From the NCBI GenBank assembly GCA_001929475.1, contig LXFE01000239.1, positions 1 through 59,945 of the forward strand: DNA of 59,945 bases. The letters are read 5' to 3'. Numbering within the stretch: position 1 is the stretch's first letter; each line of letters begins with the position of its first letter. This stretch comes from Neolecta irregularis DAH-3 (taxonomy: Eukaryota). Shown piece after piece: positions 24,053 through 38,110 of this stretch. The position numbers were made by a program, and so were the translations under genes. A model generated the notes under the pieces. It was not told where the DNA came from and searched no databases. It saw nothing but the letters and a program-made list of their open reading frames with translations.

Positions 24053-25970
24053 TTATGCGCTCGAGGTCAGGTTTTTTGACATATACGGGCCTAGACTAGT
24101 TAAAAATGCATTCTTGAAGCCATATTTCACCATCAAGATAATAGCCCAGTTTACTATAATAACGGCGAACGCCAACACCGGAGATAACGCAAATTTTCTC
24201 ACTCCCGTGCTCTTCCACAGCTATACGCTCGGCTTCTTCCATGAGAAGAGTACCATAACCTTGGTGCTGGAATTTCTTGGGATCTCGATTATGAAGTGGT
24301 ACCGAACTTCCATAAACGTGCAGCTCACGCACCAACGATGTCGGTTGATGAGTAAGCTCCGGCCGATAAGCTGTCGCGGCACATTTGCGTAATCGGAGCA
24401 GTCCAATGAGAATATCCTGTACCGGATCTTCATAGCTCAAAAAAGTCTCCCACCCTCCGTTCGCCACATAATCTCTTCGAATAAATTCAATCTGATCTGG
24501 ACGGACTTTGTGATGAACTTCTTGTATCCCAACTTCGCGAGTACGAATATCTCGACAAGATGTACCGAATTCTTTCATACGGCTAAGTGCCAGTTCTCTT
24601 AGATTCCCATTCTCGACTCCAGATGACACCAATGGCATAGGAATATCTCTTTGGATTCGATATATCCGAGTCCAAGGGGGAACTAACGCAAGAATACGAG
24701 CTACAAGATCTACCAGAGCATTTGGCGTATAATTTTTGTATCGTCCAGTTCTCCATAATTCATATAAACCGGTCCCTCGGATGACCAATGTAGGATAAAT
24801 TTTCAATCCATCAGATCGAAATGCTGGATTCTCGAAATATTCTGCAAACTGAAAGATGTCCCTCTCCACGCCCACATTTGGGAGGTCAGGCATCATATGA
24901 GAAACAACTTTGAAGCCAGCATCTTTGGCAAGAGCAAAAGTATGCTGCACCGCTTTGACTGTATGACCTCGATTTGTATCTCGAGCGACATCCTCGTAAA
25001 CGCTTTGAACACCAATCTCAAGCCGGGTACATCCATAGCGTAGCATTGAACTCCCATTAGAATGATGCAGATGGACCGTATACCTCAGGTGGGTATCCAG
25101 ACAGTAATCAGGCCGTGTTTCGATCGTGATTCCCACACATTTCGTATTTGATTGCTCGGCGAAACTAGTATTAGCAAACGGTAACATATAACCTACGCTA
25201 CTGCTTCATCGACATCTTCCGTGGTGTGGCCAGAAAGGGCATTATGAAGGTTGGATATGAACCAATTTCGATACTGTTCGGATAATGACATAAAAGTACC
25301 TCCCATGACAATGTATTCAACCTACTCGTCAGTCGGGGTAATATATTCCAACCTAGCTTATCGACGTTATGACCGAGACCTCTCAGTTGATCTACTCGGC
25401 CTCTGGCTTGTTCATAGGGATCATAGCGGGCTCGAATAGCTCGCATGCTTGTCGGTTCATATCCGGTATACGACTGCGTCGAATATTCAAAATCAGAGTC
25501 CGGACCTCCAGGACAGTATCTGCGGTCATAAGTCAAACGAGATCGACTTCATCATACACGCAAACGTTTCCAGTCATAGCAATGTGAGGACATCGGTGGG
25601 GTTTGCACATAACAGCAACCACAGCAATCTCAACGTCAGATTGTAGATTCGAGCACATAAATTACCCCAGATGCAGTCCTTACGGGTTTTGCTTTCAGTT
25701 TTGGGAGCAGATATGGCTTATATTGCTCCGGCACGGCTTGGATAATATCGACGAGACGTGGTTGAGCAGCCATTTTATGCTTCTTTGAGAAGCGCGCTTT
25801 CAATCCATTCAGGTTACATTCCCTTCCAGCTTCGTGTAACTTAATCAGCTCATTCGCGATATCAGTACAACATTTGATCATGAGTTCTGCCTGATGCCAG
25901 TGTAAGCTCGCGAAAAGACACTCCAAAGACGAACCGCTGAAAGCGAAGGAGATAAAACTTGATCCTTCAT
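24053..25970 (-). CDS. ELP3: Elongator subunit Elp3 (radical SAM plus KAT)
   Basis: [58 protein letters not shown]. Confidence 0.97.
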
Positions 25971-26381
25971 AAGAACTATCTTCACGGTTGCAATAAGAAC
26001 CAAAAAATTTGTTTGGTATAGTCACGTATAAGTGAATCGAGTTTCAAGCTGATTCAAAAAGAGAAATATCCGCTCAGCCACACGACGCCAGAGTTGCAAC
26101 AGTTGCTGAGTTGATAGCCCTGATTGCAGTTCTTTCGTTTCAACTTATTTTACATACACCCTTTTCCTTATTGCTTCCTCTATTTAGGGCATGTATATGA
26201 TACTACAGTCTTTAAGGATGAATTTTGACCAGATACTCCGGAATCGATTCCGTGTTATCACAAGCTCCATCACATTAAAAATTAGCCACCGGAATTCTAG
26301 CCAGGAGGCTTGCCAGGTTACAAATTCTGCGAAAGTCTTTTCGCAAAGAATAGCCATAACGGCAATTTGCTTTATTTCAGA

Positions 26382-29300
26382 ATGAACGTCATTCAAAGCC
26401 CAAGTTTTCCATCTCCCATATCTCAGCGTCGAAGCACCGAGAAACATCGTGAGTCGCTCGATATCCCGGGATTCGCAGAAATGGCCCATGAAACAATTTT
26501 TGATGGTACCTGATCAGTTGTACACGAAACGTAATGGCAAGGTCCGATTTCCGAAAGTGTACCGAGTAGCATTTCGAGTTTCGCGCATAGACGGCATTCT
26601 CAAGCCGAGTCAGAAGCTGAAAGCGCATTGCATATCAGAATTTTCGGAGCGACAAATACGAGAGACACTGAGGATGATGAAGATGCTAAGACAAGTGTAT
26701 CAGAACTCTCCCGAATGGATGAAATTGAGCAGCACTTTGATGACGATCAAAGTTTTCTCGAGCAACATGGTTTCAGTTCAAGGCCATTATCCCTTACCGC
26801 CCCATTATTAAAAGACTTCGTTCCTGCTGGGGTGCGATGGGCTCAGGTAATTTATCTTGAAGAGGAAGCTATGTTTATCAAACTTCATGGTTATCGCACT
26901 ACGTGGTTTCGAAAGTTCATATATATTCTCATTTGCATTGGTACATTTGGTCTGGGCTACCTTGCCTTGCGATGGATTAAGAAATGGGAAATTAGAATTT
27001 TGGGATGTCCAACAGCCTTGGCTGACTGCGATTGGATTGCCATTCAAGTATGTTCTATATCACCACTGCCTCATTGTATAGAATAAATGGGATGAAGTTG
27101 ATATTATTCCAGTACAGAAGCGTCTCTTCAACCAAAATATTTCTGTACTCTTTGGAATCCGAAATCCAAATATCAGTACTGAAGATATAATGGAAGACTC
27201 TAACCTATCCTTCTTTCGATTCATTGACTATCGTTATACACGCCTCTATTTCAACCCACAATCACATTTGTTCATCTTGAACAATTCATGGAAAGACTCT
27301 AAGTGGCGATCCATCAAGGCCATGCGAAGTGGAATCGAACATGACATGAAAGATACAAGACTTTCGATCTTTGGTGAGAACGTCGTCGATATTGAAGAAA
27401 AGTCATTCTCACAATTACTTATTGAAGAAGTATTCACCTTCTAGAGATCCACTAACTTGAGCAAGTCGCTACACCCATTCTACATGTTTCAGATATTCTC
27501 GATTATACTCTGGTCCCTCGATGAGTACTATTATTATGCTGTAATTTCTGCAGCTTTCTTAACCTGATGGAAAGGCTTGCATATTTGTGATATCAGTCGG
27601 CAGTGTCGTCAGTAGTGTCGTTGATATACGTAATGTAAGTGACCTACTTTTGAGTGAAAGCTGAGTACAGACCATGATTCGCCTTCGAGAAATCTCTCGA
27701 TTTGTGTGTGATGTTAGAGTCCTCAGAAATGGATATTGTTAGAGAACAGTTTTGTTGTTTGCTGACTTTGTAGGGAGTACAGTTTCATCCTGCGATCTCG
27801 TTCCTGGAGATGTTTATGAAATATCAGCTCCAAATCTGAAAATATTTCCATGCGATTCACTCCTTTTGAGTGGAAGTTGCATTTCAAATGAAAGCATGTT
27901 GACTGGAGAATCAGTCCCCATCGCAAAGACAACGGCCACGAACAAGACAGTCAGAAAACTTAATATTTCAACATCCACAATCCCAGCTGACGTTGCTAAA
28001 CATTTTCTTTTTGCTGGCACAAAAGTCATCCGTGTTACCAGGCCTATTGCAAAAGGCGATGAGGAACCTGCAACATTGGCTATGGTAGTTCGAACTGGAT
28101 TCAATACAACAAAGGGTGCCTTGGTCAGAAGTATGCTCTTTCCAAAGCCTATAGGCTTCAAATTTTACCGTGATTCGTTTCGATACATTGGAGTACTAGC
28201 CATAATCGCCGTTCTTGGTTTCATCGTTTCTACCATCAATTTTATAGATTTGGGGGTTTCATATCTTTGCTCAGTTCGTACTAATTCAGTAGGTTCATTG
28301 GCGTCTCATAGTTTTCCGTGCTTTAGATCTAATCACCATTGTCGTTCCACCTGCGCTCCCAACAACTTTGACAATCGGTACAAAGTTTGCTATCTTTAGA
28401 TTGAAGCAAAAGAAAATTTTCTGTACAAGTCCCAATCGGTATTAATAAATCCCACCCAATGGCTCTGAATGTCCAGAATTATAGTAGCTGGGAAAGTAGA
28501 CATCGTTTGTTTCGATAAAACTGGTACTTTGACAGAAGAGGGCCTTGATATACTCGGTGTTCATCCAATCGAAAACACTTGGTACCTCTTACTATTTCAA
28601 TTAGGCTCAATACTATAGCTTTGGAGAGATATATACAACTTCTCAATCCCTTGTACCGACTCTGCAAAATTCAGAGCTCCTGGAAAACCGGAAGTCGCTT
28701 CTTCATGCAATGACGACTTGTCATGCAATCAAAATCATCGGCGGTGAACTTGCGGGTGATTCTTTAGATGTTAAGATGTTTGAATTTACTGGCTGGGATT
28801 ACGACGAAGAGGGGAATCTGGATTTGCAGCAAGAAGGGGAGGATCCTGCATCATCGACCCCAAAGGAAAACAACACATCTTCTGCATTGTCTTTTCCCGT
28901 GGTTCGTCCACCCATGACGTGCTCGAGTGATGATGAAACTACGAGCTCACAATCTGTATATCATTTCTTGAAATTTGCTCACTGTTAGATAAACCCCCAT
29001 GAACTGGGAATTGTTCGGGTCTTTGATTTCGCTTCTGATCTTCGCCGAATGAGTGTCTTGGTAAAACATTTTAATTCTACAAGCATGGAAGCATATGTTA
29101 AAGGTGCCCCGGAGATAATGAGAGACATATGCAATCCAAAATCAAGTAAAGATCTTTGACAATCGGTCTTACACTGTAGTTCCCAGAGACTATGAACAAC
29201 TACTCAGTACATATACGAAGCACGGCTATCGAGTTATCGCATGTGCTAATCGAGTGTTCCCAAAGATGTCTTGGATTCGATCACAGAGAATCAAGAGAAT

Positions 29301-30937
29301 TGACATTGAACAAGATCTAGCCTTCCTGGGATTCATCGTATTTGAAAACAAATTGAAATCAAGCTCCGAGTCCGTTATCAAAGAGCTTCAAGTAGCGTCC
29401 ATTCGCAACGTCATGTGTACCGGCGACAATCTCTTGACAGCAATTTCTGTTGGTCGCGAGTGTGGTCTTATCAGCAAGTCCGAACAATGTTTCGTGCCTT
29501 ACTTTATTGATGGTATTCAACGCTATCCCTCACTCTCTACTCACTTAATTAGCTCATGAATCTGATGAGCGAAAGGAATTAGTATGGGAAAGTATTGATG
29601 ATCCATCTCTAAAGCTCGACGGTCAATCGATGTGCCTTTTAAGTGCGTCGTCCTCGTCAAATAATTTTTCGGAGACCTATGAGAGCAACCAATATTCTTT
29701 AGCGGTTACTGGGGAGATCTTTCGATGGATTATCGATTTCTCAACGCTCCAAACTCTAAATCGAATGCTGCTGAGAGGTCAAATCTATGCCCGAATGTCT
29801 CCAGATGAAAAAAATGAACTGGTAAGCAAAATACAATCTCTCGACTACTGTGTTTGTTTCTGTGGCGATGGAGCGAACGATTGCGGGGCTCTCAAAGCTG
29901 CTGATGTTGGAATTTCATTGTCCGAAGCTGAAGCATCGGTTGCAGCACCCTTCACCAGCGGAGTTTACGAAATCACATGTGTTCCCGAAATCATTCGGTA
30001 TTCATTTGATATTTTGGTATAGCAACTGATCGTTAGACAAGGCCGAGCAGCACTTGTTACCAGTTTCAGTTGTTTTAAATATATGGCGCTTTATTCGGCT
30101 ATACAGTTCGCTACTGTCAGCTTCATGTACAAATCGGGATCTAATCTTGGTGATTTTCAGGTTACTTCCTACTGATTGTCAATCTTACCTTCCAGTTTCT
30201 CTTCATTGACTTATTCCTCATTTTACCAATTGCGGTGTCCAGTACGTCTTCGTTGGAGTTGCGATTAATATGCAGTGGCCAACACCGATCCTCAAGACAA
30301 GCTGTGTAGCCGGCGGCCTACTGCAAGTTTGGTTTCAAAGAAAATTTTGACACCTTTACTTGGTCAAATTTTCCTTGCCACAATACTGCAATTTATTGTC
30401 TATCATCTTGTGAAAATAATGCCCTGGTCCGCCCATTTTCTCCTCGATTGCTAACTGAAGGTATGTTCCACCATTCGTGGATCCAGATAAATCTTCTATT
30501 GAAAATTCGGAGAACACTAGTTTATTTTTACTGACGTGTTATCAATACGTTACTGTAGCCATCATCTGTAGCATTGGGCCTCCATATCGGCAGCCGATGT
30601 ATACGAACTGTGAGACCTGCTTATCGCCTACCACTGAAATTTAGACTATTTTGTCCTAGCCACTGCTAGCGCAATTTTATTCACAACATTCTTGCTTTTT
30701 CAAATTCCACCCTTCAGTGGCTTCCTTGTACGTTTATTTCAACTCACCTACATGGATTCTGCTTTCTGCACCGTAATCCTCCTCCTGGGTGTGACGCACT
30801 ATATTTTGGCCTATATTGGCGAAGGCTGCCTCTTTGTGCGACTTGCAGACATATTCTCCTACGCAAGATACCTAGTAACTGGAGAAAGAAAGAAGACGCG
30901 AAAGAAATACAAAGCATATCGTGAGTTGGGGGTGTAA
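26382..30937 (+). CDS. YPK9: P5B-type ATPase (Ypk9/ATP13A2-like polyamine transporter)
   Basis: [48 protein letters not shown]. Confidence 0.93.
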
Positions 30938-31111
30938 CGGCCTATTGAAAATATGTTTTATTGTTTTTGATATTTAGAACTGCATGAAGTGATATTTCTG
31001 CGTGACTATGAGGTAGAGATTTTGTCTCGTCACTGTTCAGTTGCTGTGTCCATATACAAGTCATGTGAATAATAAGGGGATCGCTTTTTTGTGGAAACGG
31101 GTCTTCTATTA

Positions 31112-31407
31112 GGGTGCGTTTGGTTCTAAATTTCATAAAATGTGGCTTTTAACAAATTGGAATTTCAGGCGCGGGTTTGGTGCGCGCCACAAAGTACCAG
31201 AACTAGAAGGGGTCATAGATCATTGACTACTTTCAAAGGAAGTCCTTTCGGTCATGGAGATGTCGCCTAGCTTGAAACATCGTCCTCCCCTTCAATCAGT
31301 CCGAGCAGTGAGATTTGGATATATAAATGCGGAGCGCACCAAACGCGCGCCTGAAATTCCAATTTGTTAAAAGCCACATTTTATGAAATTTAGAACCAAA
31401 CGCACCC
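31112..31407. mobile_element. Tourist-like (PIF/Harbinger) MITE, 296 bp
   Basis: TIRs begin GGGTGCGTTTGG, perfect for 62 bp and about 74 bp with one mismatch. TTA flanks both ends (31109-31111 and 31408-31410). No coding capacity. Confidence 0.88.
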
Positions 31408-31718
31408 TTAGTGAACTTTGTAAAATTCTCACTTCACAACTCTCCAAATCCTCAAAGGCTAACGTAACATGCCTTTCGGTGGAGGAATAATAAAAATAAA
31501 CTGGGAAGATTATATCCGGGCACGGAGCAGAATTAATTATGTCTAAAACCCATTAAAACACCCCAAAATAAGTAAATCTACAATACATGAACTAGCCACA
31601 TAAAAACGGGTTAGAAAAATATGATGCCTTGATCAAAATATGGCGTCTCTAAATTCCACATGCCTTTCACTTCTGTGGTCAATATCACTATAATCAATAT
31701 GCCATTGGACCGGAATGA

Positions 31719-33914
31719 CTATAAACCATGGTCATCTAACTTGCTACGTCGAACAGATGAACCATGAGGAGAAGGTGAATTTGAACGTCTCGGAGGTGCC
31801 ATAGGAAACGCTTGGTATATGATGCCCGAACTATTTGATTGTTGAGGTGAGGAAGAAGAGTCTTTTGTAGTAGGTGATGGGGAATCGAATCGAACTCCAG
31901 ATTTACCAGCTTTACGACTACGACCAGAGAATGATCTTCTCAGGCCAAGACGAGTATTAGATGACTTCTTACTGACACTGTCCGGGGAAGTCGTGTCGAT
32001 TTGAGCAATAATCTATTTGTTAGCTAAAAAGTTGAGTTGACGTTTATTATACCTCGCTCCAGGCACTCTTATGACAAACACAAACCAAAGGAAATGCTTT
32101 GATTTCCGAAACAAATGTCTCTTCCTCGCCGTGCAGGAGTGGAGTTGCTGAATGCATCGTGCTGGCACTCTCTCGAACCTCTCTGTCGACGACATCCTGA
32201 TGCCAGATTTTCCGTGACGTTTTTATGCCCGCTACACCGTCAGCTTTCTGCGCATGGTAAGACGTACTAGCCCAGCCATCATTCCATACAGCGACTATTT
32301 TAACAAGATCGCCTCGTTCGAGAGCCATTTCATCTGCCATTTTGGGTTCATATGTCCAGAGAGCTGCTGCGAAGCTACCTGGAGTGATGATTTTAGAAGA
32401 ATAATGGTCACTATACTCGTTCATCGACTCTGCCATGTCACCCTCTGAATTGGATATCGTTTCGGTATACGATGGATGTTGACTTACAGGGGGCCCCGAA
32501 TTTGGTGATGAAGAAGTAAGAACTGTCATCGGCACTAACCCTGATGAACCACTTGACCGTTTTTCGTTTGCACGTAGAGGAGGTTTCAAGGATTTGGAGA
32601 TAGATGTAGGAGTCATTGAAGATGTACTAATCGATCCTTCGGGTCCAGAAATTTCACGGGTTCGCATTTGTTCCTGCTTGGAAGGAAGTGGGGGCTGAGT
32701 ACTTCTAAGGGCAAATTCTTCCTCGTCATCATCAGGTTGTCGCAAAGCCGACAAACGAGCGACACCGCCGGGAGGAGTCGCATACAGTTGGGATGGAGGT
32801 ATATTCTGTTTCATTTTCTGTCGACGGGAGGAGGGAGGATAGTTCTGGTTGAATGCGTTTCCAGTTACATTTAATCGACGACGAAAGATGGCGAAGATCA
32901 ATGCAAATGCGACTAGAAACAGAACAATGGCAGCGCCTATCGAGATACCGGCAATTCGTGCGGGTGAAAGACCAGTGTCCCCATGAATAGTACTATCAAT
33001 GTCAGAAATACGAGTTATGATTACTAGAGAACCTGGAAGCCATTGGTGCTACAGAACCTGGGGTTGGTAAGAGGGAAGCTGGAATCGTTGGCGAGACAGG
33101 CAAATTGATGTGTTTGCATGTCGACAAATCAGAGTTGGAGCAACAGATCGAGGATGCGTTTGATGGAGAATTGCAAAACTCGCACAACTGCACCAGGTTT
33201 GTGCCATATCCACAATTATTGCGTTCGTTGGCTAGTCCTTCGACGCAAAGGTTTGGATCAAGAGACCCAGAAGGGTTTGAACAGATAGTAAAATCGCTCC
33301 GCAGTAGATCAGCTCGATTGTTGTACGTCCCGTTGCATAGCTGAGGAGTGAACAAAATTGAATATTCAGATTGTGCAAACTCGCCACAAGTCTCTGCACA
33401 GACAACTGGCCTGGATAGTTCAATAACCATTACTACTCCCTGGACTCTTACGGTTCTCCAGATGAACAAGTACCGCGAGATTCGGCGACAATTGCTGAGC
33501 AAAGAACAGTTGTAGTAAACCGGGCGTATAACTCTGTAGTATTCACAAGATCGATGTTTTCGCAGTGCATCACGTCGATGTATTTTGTTCTATTTGTCTC
33601 ACAAGTTGCACAAACGAAGAAAAGCATACCGCACATAATCCTGCTTGATGTATTCCTGTAAACCCATGTCAAAATCTTTCACACTGGAGATATAATTCAT
33701 GAAAGGACTGAGATGGTTAGAAAGAGTTCGTGATATGAACGTACAAAACCGAAGAAGCCGAAGTAGATATATAAAAATTATTAAAGGACGGACATAATTT
33801 TGAGTCAAGAAGTTGAATGCAACCAGTAGCCCCAGCTAGTTCAATATTCGATAATGAGAGGAGAGAAAGGACAAAAAGATGGCCGGTGATCGAATTGTCA
33901 TTGTATCCTTGCAT
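31719..33914 (-). CDS. Single-pass membrane protein: Cys-rich ectodomain, TM helix, cytosolic SH3 domain
   Basis: Hydrophobic N-terminus; CIQLLDSKLCPSF, YARFTTTVLC, ERNNCGYG..LCEFC; TM (IAGISIGAAIVLFLVAFALIFAIF)RRR; SH3 ALWTYEPKMADEMALERGDLVKIVAVWNDGWA..AFPLVCVC. Confidence 0.75.
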
Positions 33915-34532
33915 GCCCACAACGGATTGAACGAAGCCAATGCGATAGGGGCAAAACAGATCGGCCGAAAGAGATTCAGACCGCAAATTTATCGAATAAG
34001 GAGTGTAATGGCGACTTTAAAATGGAAGTTTAGTGAGATCTGGAAGGTGGAGCCGACGGAGAGGAAACAAGGCGAAGAACTCAGGGACAGGAGCGAATTG
34101 TGCTTAACTCAAACGGTTTAGTGCGTTTCGGTGTTATGTTTTTATTTGCATTTGACTCTTTGAGTTACTACCTTGAGTAGCGATACAGAAACCGAGAGCC
34201 CATTCAAACGAGACGCAAGAACAGATTTTGATGTCAAATATGGTGGTAGATGATCAGAGTGGAACCGAAAACCAAAATATCCTCACTCCCATATACTTGG
34301 TCAAGGGTATTTTCACAAATAATTGATATTGTTACCACTCTGAATCTTATAGTCCTTGTTACTTTAATTCTATTGAAGGGTATCTCCGGTCTTGAGAGTT
34401 TAAATATCAAGCCTCTTTCCCCGGTGCGTTTTAATACTTTTCCCCACATCCCACCCAGTATATCTCCATTTAAAAAATCTGCAATTAGCACCAAGAAAAC
34501 AAATTTTGAGAAACAAAGTTTCTGAAGACAGT

Positions 34533-36315
34533 ATGATGAAGTCCACCGACATGAAAGTCAAGGAACGACTGGGCCGATTGAGCCCTATTCGACTTGAAGC
34601 AGACATGTCAATTCTTACCAGCGGTGAAAGAGCGGCTCTTATTCACTTGTATAATGCCGCAACAGAATTTGATAAATTGTATCTTCGGCAATTGTATAAA
34701 GGGAGTTTACAAGTCCTTGAGAAATTGGACAGTCAAGAACGATTTACCGAAGGTACGTCATCGCGATTTTCAACATCCATATTAAATTTTAAGCTACGTT
34801 TTATCGTGCGGTGATGGGGTACTTAATCTTCCTATTGTGCTGAACGGCAGGCCATGGGATGTTCTTGATGCACATCAACCCTTTATGTCGGAGTTGATGA
34901 TCAAAAGGCCCGAAGGTGTTGAATTTTATCCTCAAGATATGACTGAATCCGAATTCAATGAATGGGTTGAAAGTATCTCCACCGAAGAACAAGCGGGAGC
35001 CCGATCTTATGTTACCAACATTCGGCGCAACCACGAGGGTCATCTTGAAGCCGTGGATTTCTCTAAAGATTATCATGAAAACCTCTACAAAATCTCCAAT
35101 TCGTTCAGAGCAGCTGCGGAGAGCATTGAAGATGGGGATCTGAAAAAGTTGCTGAGACAGCGGGCTGATGCATTCCTTAGCAATGATTATCTCGAGAGTG
35201 AAATCACTTGGCTTACAATGGGAAACAGCAGCAACCTTGAAGTCAATGCAGGACCCTATGAGGCACTTCATTTATATTTGAAAAACGGCTGACAATTGAG
35301 GTATACGAAGACAAACACCTTGGAATCAAGGCAGCTTTTGAATTATTCGTTCACGTCCGGGATGTTGACAGTACAAGGATCCTCGGAAAATTTGCCCAAG
35401 CGTTACCTAGAGTTGAAGCAAACCTTCCAGAACCAGAGGAAGCCAAGCAAAAAACTTTAAAAATACCGCCTATTGTTGTTGTTAATCAGATTTTGGCAGG
35501 CGGGCGAGGACGACAAGTTCCATTGACTGCGGCTTATAATCTTCCCAACGATCAAAAGGCTATCGATAGCGCTGGAAGTAAACTCATCATCATAAAGAAT
35601 GTCCAAGAAGCGAAATTCAACAACATCCTTGCAGAAATTTCGAAAATTGCGCTTGTTCAAGACCAACTGGACTCTGTCACGTACTCGACATTTGCGAAAA
35701 CGTGGCTGATTCTTGAGGTTTGATGCTTTTCATTACCATATTCTTGCCCATGAGATATCTCATTCGGTTGGCCCTCATGTCGTTACAGGTACCAAAAAGA
35801 CTGTCAGTCAAGCACTCGAGAATCTGCATAGCGGTCTCGAAGAGTTGAAGGCAGATATTGTCGGTCTCCTTGCATGCGAGCAATTCATTCAGGATGGACT
35901 GTTTGATATGGACCGTCCTCCTAAAATGAACGACTTTATTACAACGTTTGTTGCAAGTTCCCTCAGAGAACTGCGATTTGGTTTAGATTCTGCCCACGGT
36001 CTTGCACAAGCTATATTTCTTTCTTTTGTTTTTGAGCACGGAGGTGTCGCCAAGACCTCGGATGGAAAGATTGCCGTAGTGCTCGACAGTGTTATGGTCG
36101 TTATCAAAGAACTAGCCTCGGTGATCTTAGCAATCCAAGCTAGTGGCAAAAAAGACAAGGCGCAACAATTCATTGAGAGGTATGGGAAACTGCCAGAGGA
36201 AGTAGTCGATTTGATCAGCAAGATCAACGAGACGGGTGTTTACGTAGACTGTCGGACTGACTATAAACGAGATGATTTCTGTTTTGAAGAGGAAGGAAAC
36301 CAAGAAAAGATATAA
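34533..36315 (+). CDS. Peptidase M49 (dipeptidyl peptidase III-like), atypical HEXXH type
   Basis: FYPQDMTESEF, LRQRADAFLSNDYLESE, GPYEVYEDK..GIKAAFE, AAYNLPND, KNVQEAKF, ILAHEISHSVGP, LEELKADIVG, RELRFG..AHG; four short introns. Confidence 0.82.
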
Positions 36316-36432
36316 TATAGTTAAAATAGCTGAATGAATGGATTCGACTCCCCAACTCACTAATCTCCCAAGCTATACTCTGAAAGAAAAAGAAAAAGTA
36401 AAAGAACGAGATGAGAGTATGTCAAGCCATTC

Positions 36433-37396
36433 CTAGTCACTTGCGTTCATCAAGGCTGTTTTTTCATCCGCAGCTTCCGCAGCTTGGCATTCGGCATTGT
36501 ATGCAGGTGGTTTTCCCTCACCGAGGGATTCTTCGGTATCGAGTTCTTCGTATTGTTGGTCACGACGAGCAAGGAGACCAAACGCCCTAGCAAGGGCGAG
36601 CATGCCAAGCCACCCAATACCGAATCCGATCAAAGGCGCGATAACGAAACAAAAGACGAATCCTCGTACGATCCAGTCGATAGTCTTGCAAGACAAGGAC
36701 ACAAACCGATTAGTAGAAGTAGCGCAAGTAAAGTAGTCGGCATCAGTATATTTTTGTTGTTCGTTGTCCTCGAGCGGTTGGCCCCATGCTGAAAGGGTAG
36801 ACGCGGGAATAACAATGACGCTTTGAACAGACTCGGATGCGATGAGTTCACAGCCTTCGAGTTCGAGGATGTCTGTGACAAGCGTAACCAGCAACGAACC
36901 ATCGTCCGACAGATCAGCGTGGATGTTGACATCCGCCGTAACAAGACCCGTCGGCAGCTCGGCAAGTTCATCGCCGAGCTCCTCCGCAGACACGGCCAAA
37001 GGAACAATCACCGCCAGAGTTTCAATTCTCTGCGGCCCGGCCTTGTAGATATCGAGAACCGCATTGTTCATGCAGAGAGACTTTTTGCTCTCGTCAAGAA
37101 GAAAGTCAAAGATCTGGATGTCAAAAGCGCTCTCGCACGCAGAATACAATAGACGAGCTACGCTCTGCAACCAGCTCTCCATCATCGACAAGGTCGTCGA
37201 TTCTGCATGTTAGACAGATAGAAACAAGAACGCACCTGTTGACGGTTACCTCAATGATCTGCTGCGTTGGATTCAGATCAACGGTATCGACGAACACATC
37301 GACCGACTCTATATCGATGAGTTCTGGCGTCGCTGCTGGGTTTGCTAGTGCTGTAGCTGCATAAAGGGCAAGGCAGAGTAATCGCGAGTGGAGCAT
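36433..37396 (-). CDS. Type I membrane protein (signal peptide, acidic luminal domain, C-terminal TM, PPAY motif)
   Basis: MLHSRLLCLALYAATALA signal peptide, one intron, TM FVFCFVIAPLIGFGIGWLGMLAL, tail GKPPAY. Confidence 0.6.
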
Positions 37397-37576
37397 GATG
37401 GAGTTGTGTTATTGGCGGTGTCAGGGCGCAGAGCGGTGGCTTTATAAGCAGGCTGTTTTGCCGGCCCGGGAAAGGCGGCGGTGTCCAGTTGGGCTCACCT
37501 CCAAAAAAACCAGCACCACGCCGCCGTTTGACCATCCAGAAATATTATCCAGTAGGGCGCAATATATCTAGGGCTA

Positions 37577-38110
37577 ATGGTTTGCATATCATGGAATTGC
37601 TGTTAACGCCAGCTTCCGTTCTCGCTGCTTTCAACGGCCCAGGGCCATCCAATGGTGCTGCATTTCGCATTTCCTTCGTCTGATAGCCCAGCTCGTAGAA
37701 CTGAAAAGTGGAGAAACTTACAATGGCCATCTGGTTGCGTGCGACGTCTATATGAATCTGTCTTTGAAAGAGGTCATCCAGACCAACCCCGTATCCAAAA
37801 CAGCCCTCCCCTTCTGACTTAAGGACGGTTCACGGTACTTCAGCCTGAAAGAGTGTTACATCAGGGGCAACAACGTGTGTTTTGTGTATAAACATCACCC
37901 TAATGGGCTAGATCAAGTACATTCGCGTTGCTGATGATGCATATCCCGTCTCTGCAAAAATACTTGTTGACCGCCTAGATCCTGGATCTGGTCAAGGATA
38001 ACCAGGTACAGCACCAGAACCGAGGCGCACGAGGCGGATCCCAGCGCGGTTACCGGGGAAATCGCGGTGTTCGTGGATCCCGCGGCGGCCGTGGACGAGG
38101 ATCATCATGA
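37577..38110 (+). CDS. LSM4: U6 snRNA-associated Sm-like protein Lsm4
   Basis: Spliced [64 protein letters not shown]-rich tail; five introns. Absent from the ORF track because the exons are short. Confidence 0.92.
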
